Assembly: GCA_036172245.1 (NCBI GenBank)
Contig: JAYWIR010000109.1
Coordinates: forward strand, 62,001-126,000
From: Raillietiella orientalis
Lineage: Eukaryota
Length of the DNA: 64,000 nucleotides
Direction: 5' to 3'
Made by a program: the position numbers and the translations under genes. The notes under the pieces were generated by a model. It was not told the DNA's origin. It was given only the letters and a program-made list of their open reading frames with translations, and did not search any database. This document shows positions 1 through 12,191 of this stretch, piece after piece. How positions within the stretch are numbered: position 1 is the stretch's first letter; each line of letters starts with the position of its first letter.

Positions 1-2149
1 CCGGGTCCGGGAAACGGGGGTCCGTGGATTGCCAGGACGGAAGAGGGCGCGAAGGTCAGGCGAACGCCTGAGGCACCACTGAGGCAAGGCAAGGGGCCGG
101 GGAGGGATCACCTCGTTCCTCGGGACTCCGGCTGCTACGCTCGCTGCTACCACTCTTCTCGGCATCTCCTGCGGAGCAGGTCGCTCCCGCGCCTCTCGCT
201 GAGGGCCGCAGGCGCAGAGACGAGGGGTGGCGTGCCAACATCTCGGCGCGAGCGTACGGGCGGGCGGCAGCGGTCGCCTTCTCCGCGACGCTGTTGCTCT
301 CTCGCGGGGAACGCGACCAACCAGGATCGCTTCTCCTGGGGCGGCGCGCCGGGCGCATCCCAGGAGGAGCTTCGGGGCTTTGCTGGAGTCCCGCGAACAT
401 GACTGCAAGATGGCACGGATGTAGGCTGGAAACGCTGAGAGCCCGGTGTCGCACTCCTTGCCACGCTTCCCCTTCCCTCTTCCCCATCGTTTCACCCTGA
501 AGCTTTCGTCCTCGCTCCTGGCAAGGATGAGGGCTGTCGGCGGGCACATCCGCGCATGCGCTCGGAGAGGAGGCTTTCGGGACGAGCGGACTGTCAGTGC
601 TCCTTCCTCGCCCTTGCACTTCTGCTCGTCAGCTTCCTCGGGAGCCTTTCTACGGCCCCCAGGAGCACCTACCGAGTGGACGACGGCGGATTCGTACGCC
701 CCCGGGATTCCAGAGGAAAAGCGTCACCGCCGCAGAGGGCGCGAAGGAGCGGCAGAGGATGAGGGGCGGGTGCACGAGGCAGCGCCCTCCGGGACGCAGC
801 CGCGTTGCGTAGGTCTCCTCCATGGCGTGAGCCGAAGCACAGGATCGCCAGCTGCTTGATTCTTTTCCCTTTGAGCGCCTCCGTACCGCTCTTCCTCTGA
901 TCCCCGTCTACATCCCTTCACGCTTTCAAGCCGCTTCCCACACCTCAGCCGAGACTGGCCACCCCCAGGAAACGTCCGTGCTCTGCACGTGCCGACGCCA
1001 CTTTGGAGGAACGAGCTGGCGGAGGAAACTCCAAAGCCCCCATGGAGCAAGTTCCCTTTCTCTCTCGCGCGGGGCAGACAGGACGTGCGGGCGCTCCCCA
1101 GCTGTTGCTTCTCACGCTGTTGCATTCCGTCCTGTGGGCCTCGGTGCGAGCATAGGAAGCGGTGGTGGTGTGATGGGCTCACCTACATCGACTTCGTAGA
1201 CAGACGGAGATTCCGTTGACCGCACTTAACGCCTTGACCCCCTCTCAGGCAACGCCCAGGAGAGCTGTTCTTCTGCCCAGTATAAGGAACGGACCCATAG
1301 TTTCGGGCCCCTCCTTAAGATGTGGTTCTAGGATGGACTCTAGGGGGATCTCGAGACTTTTTTCTGTGGGACTGCGTGCCCGCGCACGTAGGAAGAGTCT
1401 GCGTGCGCATCTTCGCGGCTAAGCGCTCCATACCTGACCGCGGGATGAAGCTCGGGAGGCAGCAGTCGTCGCGATGGCGCCAGAGAAACCGTCCGTGTTG
1501 CTACCCTTTCCGCCATCCAGGAGGCCTCCTCTCACAGGCAACCTCACTCACCAGCAGCAACAGAGTCGTTCTTTAAGGAGCGCTAGGGGATCTCTAAACG
1601 GCAGAGTTTCACGCGCACGCGTTTTTCAAGAGGGCTGTCCACAAGTCCGTCAAACTCCAGCCGGCAGGACCCTCCAAAGACCTCAGCTCTGCCGAGAGAG
1701 TGCAGTGCATTCTTGCTCATGGTTTCCGGCGGCTGAGCGGTGACGTGCAGCGCCATGTTGCGAAGAGGTTTCGGTCTCCCAAGTTGAGTCCGCGAGAATG
1801 TGCCGTGCGCCTTTCCTTCTGTTGTTTGCGGAGAGAGAGCGCTGCATGGTCCGGTTTACCTTCCTCCCGCTCTGCCCCACTCCCGCGCCAGCTGCCACCC
1901 AGCGCCGTACATTTCGAGGAATGGGCAGGAAAATTTTCACTTCGAGGGTCGGTCGCAGCACGGTGCCGCGGAGGCCTTCATTTAACTCCCCAGGCAGGTT
2001 GCTCGGGCGACGAAGGTTTCCTCAAGATACCCGGAGCGCCTCGCAGCCATTCGGCATTACTACCGCGCGGGAAGAGAAAAAAGAAGGACGCGTCCAGCAT
2101 CTTCCCCCCTCCTCCCCCCCTTCATTACGCGTGAAGCGCACGTTGAAAA

Positions 2150-3200
2150 GGCCTTTGTACCGTCGAGAGAAGAAGGGGGGTAAAAGGTGCGGGGGAGGGA
2201 TGCAGAGAACAACCTTTTTTTTGTTTCGAAGGGCGGTCCGCTCGCTCTGCCGCTTCCAGAGGACCCCATGCACCAGCTGGCTGTCGTGCCTCCCCCTCTG
2301 GCTTCTTCCGTTTCTAAAGGATACTGCAACGCGCATGCCCGGGGCACGTCCGGCGGCCGACCGGACGCTCGCCCGAGGTCCCTTCCCTTAGCAGGACGGT
2401 CCGGAAACTCTCGAGAAAGCTCGAGGGTTTCCGAACCCTTTCGAATTCCCTCCTCAGAGGCGCATTTTTCCGGCTGAAGTTCTCCTTTTACACTGCAGGT
2501 GGCGATCCGTTTGCGCTTTTCGAGCGAAAGAGCTCGTGCTGTGTTCAGCCTTTGCTGCCGCGCCTGTCCCCCCATCCTTCCTTGCACCGATGCAGCGTGG
2601 CGAAACCGCCGAGGAAACAGGAAGGACGCGGGGACATCGGCTCGCGGTTGATTTCCAGGAAGCCATCGCCACCTGGCATTCCATCCTCCTCCTCACTTTC
2701 CATCGTCTTGCCGTCCTCTCCAGCGCCTCCGCGCAAAGCGGGCTCTCTTCCCTCTTCTCAGCGTCGTCGGGCGCCCCAGGCGGTGCGCGTGCCAACGCCG
2801 TCGCGGAGCTGGAAGCGGCGTCCCCTGTCCCGACGCCCCCGGGAAGCGCGGGGATGTTTCTTGCTCCGAGTTTCCGGAGAAAATCGGTTGACCCCTGTTG
2901 AAGACTGCCTCGCATGCGTGCCATCGTGTGCTGCGCGTCTGTGCCGTGCGGCGCGCGCAGGCGATCCTCACCCACGGCGGGATTGCCTGCGCCAAAGGCG
3001 AGGAGGGTGGGTGGCGCAGCATGCACGCCCCTCCGCATCGTTCGCGCGCCTTTTGTTTCGGAACCAAATGGCCTCGTGGTCGCTTGGCTCGCGCTGGCTC
3101 CAAGCTTTCTTCCCGGTTTCCACCCCTCGCCCGCGTCAACGAGCACGCGCACTCCGCTGCCGACGGTCACTGCAGGCGGCTGCATGCTCCTTCGTTACCG
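2150..3200 (-). mobile_element. Highly decayed LINE ORF2 3' relic
   Basis: ESPLCAEALERTARRWKVRRRMECQVAMASWKST resembles the W(K/E/Q)V.C.I.G....W segment of copies A-C and is followed by a C-rich tail. By-eye similarity only. Confidence 0.4.
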
Positions 3201-5382
3201 CGGTAGCCGCTTGGTTCTTCGCGCCACGTGGCGGCGCTCGGTCGGCGTTGCGGGGGCTCTCGCAAGACGCGCTCACGCGCGTGCTCCCTTTCGCGTGGTG
3301 CGAAGGGAGTTGTGACCAGGCGATCGAGGCCCCACCACTGCCGCCACTGGACGAGACGGAGAGGGAGGTTGTCTCCAGGCAGCGGAAGGAGACGACGCTG
3401 CTCGATTGTGCGGACGGGGCGAGCAGATGTGGACGCGTACCTTCCTGCCGACACGGCGACCGGAAGGAAGGAGGGCCGACGGCAGCTTCCGTTGGACCAC
3501 GACGCTGCAGAGTTCGGTCACCTATCTGCACACACGGCGACTTTCGCCCTCAACCTGGGTTTCCCGATTCTTCTGCTCACAGCAGAAGAATCGGGAAACG
3601 TCTGCAGACCGTTGCACCCTGTTATCGTCTCCGTGGGAACGGCGGGGAAAAAAAGTAAGGGATGTTCGAAAGCTCTCCTTCCGGGGCAGATCTACGCTGG
3701 GATTCTCCCCCTTCCTTCTCTTCCCCCCACGGAACTTCTTGGGAACGTCCCGGAGGGGGCGCCCACCTACCGCCTCCCTAGCGAGGGAAGGCTGCGCGCG
3801 AAGCTGCGGCGGCGAGGAGCGAGCACTTTGGCCCGTCCTCGCCCGGGGTGCACTGCGCACAGTACTTCTGCCACGTTAGCCCGCAGCTGCCGAGCCTTAC
3901 GGCTCTCGCGAGGCCGCTACGGAGCTTCGAAAGGCTCGCGTCGAGTTCTCCTCCTCCCGTGTGCGTTGAGCGGTGCTTTGGCTCGAAGAAGGATGGATGG
4001 GTGGCGAGTGGAGATGACGAGCCAGGGCGGTCTGGTCTCACGACTGGGGAAAGCCCGGCGCTAGCGAAAAGGACTGCCATAAATATCGCTTTGGGACTTG
4101 GAGGATCGCGCGTAAAAACGGATGGGTGGTCGGGAGAGGAGAAAGGAGGGAACCAGAGTTTCCTCTTTTACGGCCGCCGCGTGGACGCCGGCCTGTCTAC
4201 GGCAGCGACCGAAATCTCAAGTGTCTTTCTTTCGTCTGCTATCGACGTTTTGTGCCGAACTGCTGGTCCGCATCGGCTCTTGACAGCGCTGCTTCTTCTG
4301 CCACCGAGATCTCTCTGCCGTTCACCTTCAGGGCTGGTCCAAAAATGGCGCGTGCGCGCCCGCGAGAACGAAAGGGTTGGCTCGGCGTTGCCTGCTGGCT
4401 GGAATTCTCGCGCCCGTTCACCACGAACCTCCGCTGCTAAGCAACTCGCCTCAGACAGCGCGTCTTCATCTCCTCCGGCTCGGCACAGAGGGCCACCCGG
4501 ACATGCATCCATTTGTTCTTCGGATGCTGTGTGATGCAGATCACACAGCAAGTTCGGTCCTGTTGATTCTGCTGCTGCTGCTGCTTGCGGCCGTCGTCCC
4601 CGCCTTGTGGATGCTCCCTATGAGTTCCCTCGTGCGTTTCCAACTGAAGCTGGACAGTGGTCCGTCACGTCACACAGAGAGCGACGGTCGATGTTTTGTC
4701 GATGGATCAGATCGGTGGAGTTGGTCCGATCGGGGCGTGGTCTGGGGACATTCGCCTGCTGATTGCGCGGTAGAATCTTCGACTCGGTCTGAGACGGCGA
4801 TGACGGAAACATTTCCGGTTTCGATTGCGGTGTGAGGTGGTGATTCAGGACAAGATGGCGAACACATCAGCTTGGGCTACTCTTCTGGTGATGCCAACAT
4901 ACCCGGCAAGCAAGCGAAGAAAAGGGAAGGAGTGAGGAAAGACCGAGAGGGGTGATGACTCGAACCTCTGTCCTCCTGCTCGAGTTCTTCCATCTCGGAA
5001 GCCCTGTCCCTTTCGTATCTCTGGTATCCGGAAGCTTTTGCGCAATGCGTTTCGGTGGCGAGATGTTCGCGTTGATATTTCCCCCTTCAACTGATCAGTG
5101 AACGGTGGTGGATGCGCTTCCCCAGGACGGGGGGTCTTGGCGACTGCTTTCTCCGTATTCATTGCCTTTACTCGTTCGTTTGTTAAGCCCATACTTTGCC
5201 GATCCCATGAGCGCCGAGTTTGTAGGCTGTGTGCTCGACTGCATCGTTTGCGTACGCTCCTCCTTGGTCCAGGTGGCCTCTTGCGAGGTGAGCGCTTCTG
5301 AGAAACCCACTCGGATTCGCTTCTCCGACTTTTGCTTATGGACCATCTTGAGCGACTTTTCGTGCAAAGGCCCCCCCTCCCG

Positions 5383-5552
5383 ATTGTTGTTAATTGTTAA
5401 TTTGACAAACTGTTGCTTAACTGTTGATCAGCTGTCGATCGCTGATTGATTGTTGTTGTGTTTTTGTCCCTTGCTGATTGTTGATCCCTAGTCCTTGATC
5501 TCTAATTGTTAATTTTCGATTGTTAATTGTTCGTCGTTAATTATGCTAATTA
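5383..5552. repeat. AT-rich degenerate short-unit repeat (ATTGTT-based)
   Basis: ATTGTT at 5383, 5393, 5449, 5477, 5505, 5519 and 5526, interleaved with TAATT. Confidence 0.7.
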
Positions 5553-7299
5553 GCTGAGAGCCTCCTCGGTGAAAGTTTCGGGAGCGTCTTGTTTGCAGCT
5601 CCCCAACCAGGCAGGCGGCTCTCGCAGGGTTTTGTTTTTTCCAGTTGCCTCCCCTTCTGGCAACGATGACACGAAGCAGTACAAAACTGCTCAGACATGT
5701 GCGTTTCGTATACGTGCAGTAGTGTGGCTCAAGTACCGGTTACGTCCGTGAACGCGCACACATGCAGGAAAAAAAAAAAGATTAAAAAAGTTTCTTGAGA
5801 GATAAATAATGGGAAATGGAACTTTGTGAACTCGAACGGACCGAGTCTGGGGCTACTGTGGCTTCGGAACGGTCTACGTAGGGTCCGGGAATATTTTCGC
5901 ACCGCGAAAGCGAAACTCGATCGCCCATTTCTTCTTGTCTGGCGAGATTTTCACTTCCGATGAGGGAAAAACCTCTTCGTTCAAAAGCACACTTCGTCCT
6001 GGAAAAAACAACACAAAAAAAGAAAGAAAGAAAGAAAGCGCCTCGTGCGTCTTGAGGAGGAAGAAAGAAAAAAAAAAACTTCAGCTCTGCAACATGTCCT
6101 CCAGGAGTGATCAGCAGAGTTTTTTTTTTTTTTCTTTTTCCTGAGAGCAGAGCGAGCTCATGATTCGGGGAAAGAAATCTCTTCTGGTGGAAACACGAGA
6201 TGGCTGAGAGTCGATGGCCTTTTCGAAAACGCGAAAGAAACCAGGTGACCGAAGACGGAAAAAACTATCCAACCAAGCAACCGAAGGAAGAAAAAAGGGA
6301 AAAGAAACGCCCGCGCGCTTCCTCGAATGGCTGTCCTTGGGAAACACCTGGGGTAGTCGAGGGAAACGGGAAGTCTTTTGACGGATACGGGATGCCGGAG
6401 AGAAAGCTCTCCGCTTTCGTTTGTTCGAAGGGCGTCTTCAGATGGTAATTGAAATCCTCCTTGGCAGTTCAGGAAGGAGGGAACCCTCCCTGGTGCCCGA
6501 GGGCTCGGGTGAGGGAGGGACCGACGCGTTTCAGCGTGCTTCCCTGCCCGGAAGTGACGGGTCAGACGCAGTCGAGGACGCGTGGGAAAAGCCGTCCCGG
6601 GCCGCCTTTGGCTCAGGAGGGGTTCCTCTTGGCGCAAGACGGGCGATCTATGGCACCGTCTCGCGGGCCGTCCGAGGGGCTACCCCCGCCCTGATGCGGC
6701 GGGAACTGAAGCGGGCAGTGCTCCCGAGGTCGGCTCTGGGACGGTCTCGTTATCCAGAAGTGCCGCTGGTCGCGTCCCCTGTCTCCGACCCCCCGCCCTA
6801 GCGAGGCGGAGGGTGCACGCCGTCTGGAAGGCCCGAGTTCGACGGGCGTCTCTCCGCGGGTCAGTGGGCGCGCATAGCCCGGTGGTCCTGGCGCCCACCG
6901 AGAGGGAGGGGCTCAGCAGCGAGGGCACGTTCTGCGCGGCAACTGGTCCGGTCAGGTCGGGCAGTGTCCCCGCCCTCGCCGGAAGAAATTTTCTCCTTGC
7001 CCTCGCGGGCCGTCTGCTGCCCTTGGGGGGAAGACAAAAGGAAGGGGGAACGGACGACGACGACGGGCCTCGGGTGGCGTTGCGACCCAACGTCGGCACC
7101 GGCGTCGGAAGGGGGCAGCAGCGCCTCCCTGTGGACCTCCTCCTCCTCACCCTTCCCGTCGCTCAAGACGGCGATGGCGACGCCTCCCTCCCGCCAAGGA
7201 AGGAGGAGCGTCTCGCTTCCACCCCTCCTCCTCAGGAGGAGCCGCGGAACATTAGAAGATAATGGTCAGAGCCTGCCGTAGCGCCGACTGCTACTCGCT

Positions 7300-7900
7300 A
7301 CTCGTGCGCTCGGCTTTTCCCCCTTTGTTGATTGGCCAGGTTGACCGGAGGTCAGCGAGGTGGCCTTACTTAGCCGACCTCTCCCCCGCGTCCAAGGGGC
7401 AAGGGAGGAGAGGCAGCACGGGAGATGAAGGGCCGTCTGGAAGCAGCGCCGCTCTGGGCCACAAAAGTCGCCGCGCCAGCGACGGACCGCGGAACGCTCC
7501 GGCCTCCACGCCCGCCCGGGGTCCGCTCGCCCGGATGGAAGCGGGGGTGCCAATCCTCGAAGGACACGTGCAAGTGCGGGGTAAGAGGGTCGCCACCACT
7601 GCCCTTCTTCAGTTGCTCTCCGTCGTTTCCGCGATCCCTATAGGGGGCGCTGGCGGCATCCCCACGGCGGCGGAGGTCGAGGGAGTGCGGACCATGCGGC
7701 GCATCGGCAGGCCAAGGGCCAGAAGGGTACGCAGCGGCAATTCCTGCAGGGACTCCTGTCCAGTCGAGGCAGCTGAAACCGCGGTCGCGCCTTCGATGAC
7801 CAAACGCCGCCTCCCCTTCTGCGTCCCCCGTCCCCGCCTTTCAGGAGCGGCGCAGCACGCGACCCTGCCTATCCCCTGCGCTTCTCTGCTGGCGAGCAGG
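7300..7900 (-). mobile_element. Highly decayed non-LTR reverse transcriptase relic
   Basis: LKKGSGGDPLTPHL (about 7570-7615) resembles RG.RQGDPLSP.L; SCLDW lies upstream and VNLAN downstream, in RT motif order. No intact YADD. Confidence 0.45.
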
Positions 7901-10900
7901 GACGTCCTCTCCATCCTGCGAAGATTGCAGGGGGAAGAAGGGGATTGGAGGAGGGTCCGTCCTTCTGCTTTCCGAACCCCGCAGCAGTAGCGAGGGCTCC
8001 GCCGCCTCTTCGTGCGCTCCCGCGTGTCCCGGGGTCAGTCGTCCAGGAGACGCCGCGTAAGGCGCGCGCTGCTCGGCTTCCCATCTCTGCAGCCTCTGCG
8101 GAGGGCGCCTCCCGACTCTGCGGCCCGCGCCCCTGGCGGCGTCTTCGGCGCCCCGGCGTGTCACCCTGGAGATGGTCCCTTGATTCGTTCCGCGTTGGCG
8201 GGAGGAGCGGGCCACTCCGACCCCTCTCTTAGAGACGCCGGCGGACCTCCGAATGTCCCTCTTCTTTGAACAAGAAAGATGGAAAGACGACGAGGCGACG
8301 GCAACGAATGCTGTTTCGGAGGGATGCGTGGCGAGAAGCGGCATCCCCTGGTTGCCTCGGCAACGGCGCTGCGGTGGGACGTCGTGCTCTGCCACGAGCT
8401 CGCGTTCGTTCTGCGCCCCCACGCAGGGGGTAGGGCGAGGTGGAATCGCCTGCGCATGTCGATCGGCCTTTCCGGCCCGTCGCTCCTCGGGGTGGCGACC
8501 TCTGGGGCTCTGGTGCGGCGTTACCTTGCTGGCGGCGCGGCGGCAAAGCAGGTCGCGTCTCGTTCGCTTCTTCCGACGCGCATCTCGCGGGAGGTGTCGG
8601 TGGGGGGTGTCCGGGCCGGGCGTTGCCTCAGACCGCGCGATGCGGCGCGAAACGAAGGGGGGGGGGAGAGGAGGGGGGAACGCGAATCGCGAAATGCGGA
8701 GCTCTGATTGGCTGGGCGTTTTTCGGGCCTCCTGTGGGAAAGCGAAGGCAGTCCGTCCAGCGGGCGGCGGCGCGCTTCTGGACAATCCGCAGTTCTATCG
8801 TTCCGGGTTGGGGACGCCGCGCCCTCGGGCGCTGCTGGCCTCCTCGTGGCCGTCCTCGACCTAACCTCTGCGCTTCTCGGCAGGCCCCGAACCGGGAGGG
8901 GGAGAGGAGGGGCGAAGTAGGTCGGGGGCCTGTCGAGCGGGCCGAACACCGCGTCGCCGTCGCCCGCTTCCTGCGATGGTGGGGCCTTCTCCTTGTTTTC
9001 CTCCTCCTTCCCTCCTCTCCGCCGCTCCTTTTTTTAAAGGGTTGGAGAGGCTAAGGGAGTGTTTTCTGCGTCGCACGGGATCGCCGCTGCCCCGACGATG
9101 TCGCTGCCGTCGCTGTGGGCCGAGCCGTCCCGTCCCGGCACGCTAATCATTGTGTAAACAAGGCTGCCGGTGTATTCTTGATGCAGATGCGGAGCGGGGA
9201 TGCATCGAGTGGACCTCCCCCTCGCTCCTTCCGCGCATCCGTCGCCAAGCAGGGCTCGCGCGTGCGCAGCCCTGGACGCGTCCCGAACGCGTACGCGCGC
9301 ATACGTGCGCGCACGCACGCACGCACGTGTTCCGCATGTACGGCGAGAAGCTGCTGCTTCGGCTCCATTAGCAACGTGAGATGCAAGTTCGCTGTCGTGT
9401 ACGTTCCCACCGAACGGGGGAGGAAGGAAAAGGGGGGGGGGGAATAAAATAAAATAAAATAAAATAAGATGGAATTTATTCATGCGATGGGTGAATTTTT
9501 TCCGGGACGCTGCGCGTCCATAAATCCCCGGCAGCCCTGACAGAGAGTTCTCCGTGCGCAATCGCCGTCGCACGGCACACGAATTTTGCAATCACGAAAT
9601 TTATCTTCGCATCTCGCGTTAATTGCCTTCCGAGCTCGTTAATTAAAACGGCCAGAAAGCGAAATCATGCGCGTCAAGGCGCTCCCGGCCATCTTGATAA
9701 AACGCGCTTATCTCGCGCGCTCCCTATTTATAGTTATTCGACTACTCTTTGCTTATTTACGGTATCAGCGGCAGCATTATTTTTAGCCCGATGAGGCATT
9801 CGAATGCGCCTCTTCGCGGGACTGTGTGTTTATGAGAGCGCCGAAGTTCGAACCCGCGCTGCGTCGGGCCGGGAAGCAGCTGTCGGTCATCATCCCGGAC
9901 CGCCTTTATCGCATGCCGTGGGTCCGAATTCCGCCCGGCTGTCGCGCGGTACTTCATCTCGGCTTTTCGCACGGCCGCGTGCGTCCGTTCGGACAGCGCC
10001 TGCGCGCGGGAGAGCGCGCATCCTCTCGTCGGCGCGTGGATGGGCTCGAGCGAGTCCGCGCGCTGCCGCCGCCTCCCCGACCTCTCGTACGGAGCAACGC
10101 TTCCGGCGCATCCCGGAGGACCCCTCCCCTCCCGACGTCAGGGGGAGACTCACCCTCTGGAAGACGAGCCGAGCGCGCGAGAACCGCGCGAACGCTTCTG
10201 GAGAGGCAGGGAAAGCGTCCCGGTCGCGCGCGGTCTCCTCCGGGACGCTTCCGTGCGGCCTCCCGGGAACGCTTGCAGGGCTGCTCCGCGGCGCGCTCTC
10301 GTGGCGCAACAGTCGCCTGCGCCGCCTCCGAGCAGGACCCCCCCCTCCTTCCTCCTCCTCATCCTCCTCCGCCGTTTCCATCGCGCCAACCCTCGTCGCC
10401 TTGCGGATGCTGGCAGGCTTCGTTGGAAAACAGTGTGCGAAAGCTCGGATGCGAATGACCTGGAGGGGGGAGGGGGGGGGAGCTCGATTTTTTGCAACCG
10501 AGTTTTATTTGAGGCACCACGACAAACCCTTGCGCCTCTGGGCTGTCAGGAGGTGAGGAGTGGGGGGGAAGGGGGGGGCGTCAGCTTGTCCCTTTGAGTG
10601 CGTTGCGCGTTGGCGGAGAGGGTCAGGCACAGGAGAGGTAGCGGGAGCCACTTGTTAGCGCTGAGCGGAGCCAGCTCCCGACTTTCCACGGAAACGAGGC
10701 TCTTCGCCGGGCGAAGCGTGGAGCGCGCCTCGCAACCGGGAGGTCGAGAGGTTTGCCGGTCTTCTCGTGCGGTTGATCCCGCGAGAATCTCATGCAGCCT
10801 CCCCGTCTCCTTCCGAAGTTGCCGCCAGGTCGGTTTCACGTGCTCCTCGGTCCGCCTCCCCCGCGAGGGAACTGTTTTTTTCCGTTTCTCGGCTCCTCCG

Positions 10901-11762
10901 TGGTTGAGGTCGCTTCCGCCCGCGTGCAACCTGCGCGAATGCTCTTCCGCTCGCGACCGTTTCCGTCGCCCGTTGGGCTTTCCTCTCTCGGGTATTTCCT
11001 CCCACCCTCACCCCCTCTTCCTCCTCCTCCCCCGTGTTCGAACGAATCTCGGTTCTCGTCGACAAGCGACCGACGGGGGAAAAGGGCACCGAGGTTTCGT
11101 GGGCTCTCCCCACGGTAGAGGGGTCGAAGGCGACCGACCGGCTGCGTGCCGCCGGCACGAGGGCCGAAGCACGGGGGATTCGCGAGGGGTGGAAGACGGG
11201 GGCTCGCGCGCTAGGCGATCGCGAAACGCGAACGTGCGAGCAGCTGCAGATCTTTTAAGAGTCCGGAGCGTTCGCGGGTAGCCGGGAGGAAGGTGCGTTG
11301 ATTTCCCAGGACCAGCGGAACCGCGGAGGGTCGGACGACCGTTGCAGGGGAAGCGAGCGGGGAGATGCGCACGCGCGGGAACGCGCCTGCGGTGTCCCCG
11401 TCACGGCGGAAGCAGCTGGGAGCAGCCAACGCCCCTATCGGCGACTGCGCAGTGGAGACTTCCCCCCTCCTTCCCTCTTTCGGCGTGACTTTCGGCGCAC
11501 ACGCGCGAGAGAGACCAGGCCGACGGACATGATAGAGGGGGATAGGGGGCTGGGAGGGAGTAACGATCCCGGAGGCGCAATCTTGAATCCGGGGAGCGCT
11601 TCTCTCGCCCAGTCTCTTCTAGTCGAGTGCGGAACGAGTCGGCTGTCACCTGCACGCGCCAGCCGTGGCGCCTCGCTAATGGAGCATGCGAAGGCGGGGG
11701 GGATCGCATGCCACCCACGATGGGTTGGTCGTTCATCGAAGGGGTGGATGGGATGGAGGAGG

Positions 11763-11855
11763 AGGAACAGAAGGACGAGGAAGGGAAGGAGGAGAAGAAG
11801 GTCGAAGGATGATTAAGGAAGGGGAAAGCAGGAAGGGGGTGGAGGAAGACGTAAA
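11763..11855 (-). repeat. Inverted copy of the PLD intron 5 repeat unit
   Basis: Aligns with the reverse complement of 13619-13703, for example cgaaggatgattaaggaaggggaaagcaggaagggggtggaggaagacgtaaa versus cgaaggatgtgtaaggaaggaggaaagcaggaagggtgtggaggaggacgtaaa. Confidence 0.8.
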
Positions 11856-12191
11856 AGGGGGGAGGGAAAGGTAACGAGGAGGAACAGCATCTCCCGCGCG
11901 AGTCCCGAAATGTCTAGAGAGAGGCCAGCAGCTTTTTCTTTGCTCGCTCGGGTAGGGTAGGGTCTGGGGACGGGAAAGGGATGCCGGAAAGGTGACTCTC
12001 CGGATGCTTCGGGACAGCCCGGCCCCGACCTGGCAGCGGGCACCTCAACACCGACCTTTCCCGCTCCTCCTCGAGGCCGCCGCTTCCAGTCTCCGTCTCC
12101 GCCTTGAACGGAGAATGTTTCCAGGAGCGGAGAGGGTCCTGATACAGCCCCGCCTTCTCGGAAGGCCCCATCCATCACCCCCTCCGAGCAC

